A program made the translations under genes and the position numbers. A DNA stretch of 64,000 nt from Octopus vulgaris (lineage: Eukaryota): assembly GCA_951406725.2 (NCBI GenBank), contig OX597833.1:34596001-34660000 (forward strand), read 5' to 3'. The notes under the pieces are model-generated. The model was given only the letters and a program-made list of their open reading frames with translations, made no database searches and had not been told where the DNA came from. Of the stretch, positions 61,668-64,000 are shown piece by piece; the stretch's first letter is position 1, and each line of letters starts with the position of its first letter.

Positions 61668-64000
61668 TATTTGGTATTTAGTTTTATTTACTATATTACA
61701 AACAATAATTTAGTTCCTTAATTTGATAAAAAAAGATGGGAGCAAGTCTGCAATTCTTTCGAAATGGAATAGGTTTATGAATATAATTTTGGAAAATATT
61801 AATAAATAAAAGAAGTTTTAAATTGCAATTAATGTGGCTTAATAAATAAACATTACAGTTAGGGACAAAAAAAAAATGTTAGAAAATCAATAAGCCAAAC
61901 TTGGTTATCAAGAATCTAAGAATATCAAAATGAAACTAAGAATTCAATAATGGAATTTGATACAAACGAAGAATTTTCTGAGCAGATGTGTTTAACTTTT
62001 CTTCACAACAGTTGCAGTAGATATCCGAAACAGAATTACTTGAGGCTGAAGGTTTTAAAACTGATCTTTTTTTGTTGTTAATAAATAAAATAGAAAGTTT
62101 CTTCCGGAGACTTGGAAAGAAACTCATTTCAAAAGATCTTGATAAAGTTTAATAAGGATGGTAATCATAACAATACTGACTCAATGTTGAGAAAAGTTTG
62201 ATTTACAGAAGCATCCATGATGTAAAACAATCTAGTGACCATAAATATGTGTTAATCCAAATGTAGTACTTGTCAAATAGGTTTCACTTTAGCTGCAGAG
62301 TCTAAGTCACTTAGTCTTGAGGATGTGGAAATGCTGAAAATATAAAGACAGCTCAATAATAAATAAAGCATACAGTGATTATAACATCAACAATATATAT
62401 TTGAGTTTTGAATTATAAGCAGCTCTAATAATGTAAACATCACTGATATCACATACTATATGTGTTTTGTTTATGCACTTATTAGCTGCAGGATAGCATC
62501 AGAGGAGAAAATCCCTTTGAGATGCTGTATTAAAAAAACACTGAATACATCAAAGGCAAGGCAACTCACCCTGTAGGTGATCAAGAACAATAGATATTGA
62601 TATTTCACTGTATCTGCAGCTCATTGGCATTGTGCACTCAAGTTAGTTCGGAATAAATTGCAATCACTGGTCTGGGTATATATGCAAATTTATTTATGTT
62701 GCAAGAATGAGAAAGAACTCAATAAAGTCACAGTCCCACCCCCAACTTCAATATAACCATTTGTCCCCACTTGCCAGTGAGTACTGCTGTATGAGTGCAT
62801 AATGGAAAGCTATGTAATTGTCTGCAGACTAATGCTGTGTACATGTAGTAAGACTAGCATGTTCTTAGCAGGTAGTTGTGTTAGTATTGCACAATTGTTA
62901 AGTGTATAAGCATTTGAGTCTATACTAATGTATAAATGAGTCTGAGTTTGTTTCGTTCTTTTTTTTTTTTTTATCCATAAGTGCTCAACCCTTGCCAGTG
63001 TAGAAAAACAGATTGACAAAATGTTGATTAGTAAATTGAAAACTCTTGTATTTAGTTGTCTGAAAACTTTTCATTTTTTCCATTTTCGGGACTGGTGGTG
63101 ATGCCATTCATACAATTAGAGTTGTCATTTGGTTGTGTGTATAGCAAGGGGTTTTATTTGAGCATACACTAATTTTCTTGATGTGTGTACCTGCACACCC
63201 CTCCTCTTACTAATGGTAATGGAAAATCTTTTATAGTTGAAACCAAGTTCTATAAATGCTGAATTTCTTCATCCCATAAATGTTCTTCAAAACTTACTTC
63301 ATCACTACTAAAAATTGTTTGTAAATATGGGGGGGGGGCATATGGGCTTTCCCTCATATTTTACAACTATTTCCTTTTTTGCTGCTGTCATGTGAATTAC
63401 TTGTTTAATATCAACTGTTGCAATTTCCACAGAACTGTTCATGCTAAACAGAAACATTTTGAATAATGAGCTTTCATCAAAATGTGAATTATTCCTAATT
63501 CCAATGGCTATAAAATTGGAGTGCAAGTTCAAAGATACTACACCCAAATATTATCTAAATAAAGCAGTTTGCTATGTGTAGTACAACTGTCTATCAACAA
63601 GAATTTCTATTTTATTTTCATTTTTTTTTTGTCCACTTCAGTTAACCATCAACTCTTGTCATTTAAACCCTGTTATTGACATCAATACTTAAATGAGAGA
63701 TATACAACACAATATCTTTCTTTTTCCCAGAATCAATGACTTCTACAATTTTTAACTTTTTGTGGAAAAACTGTCATCTTTCCTTCACTTTGTTTTTCAA
63801 GATTTACACTAAACCACACTAACAAAATAGGTATCCCTTGCATAATAATCCAAAACAGAAATTTTGATAACCAAGTCTTGATTTTGCAAATACAAAAGTA
63901 TGCAAATTTCAATAGTCAGGTCAACAAAGAATCATTCAAACATTAGCATTGAACCAGCCCCCATCCCCTGTCAAACAGATATTCTGTATTATTTAGATGT

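Overview
This is AT-rich eukaryotic genomic DNA. The repeat families and the C2H2 gene suggest a coleoid cephalopod, probably Octopus (inference). Two spliced genes face each other. On the + strand lies the 3' part of a URB2/Npa2-like ribosome-biogenesis gene: 11 reconstructed coding exons (4616-34977, 657 aa plus stop) with one clear minor-spliceosome (U12-type, AT-AC) intron at 28871-29637. On the - strand lies a two-coding-exon C2H2 zinc-finger gene with a polyQ tract (61667-61115 and 45713-44536, about 576 aa, 9 fingers). The introns are packed with mobile elements: five RTE-clade LINE copies, a young CR1/L2-type LINE, three mariner relics, a piggyBac relic with a nested MITE, a Gypsy gag-pro fragment between 15-bp direct repeats, and many tRNA-derived SINEs. 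Less expected structures are a twin-priming-like inverted non-autonomous RTE derivative carrying a 5 x ~156-bp array, a ~245-bp foldback hairpin, and several minimal hammerhead-ribozyme-like motifs. All calls were made by eye; no database search was run.
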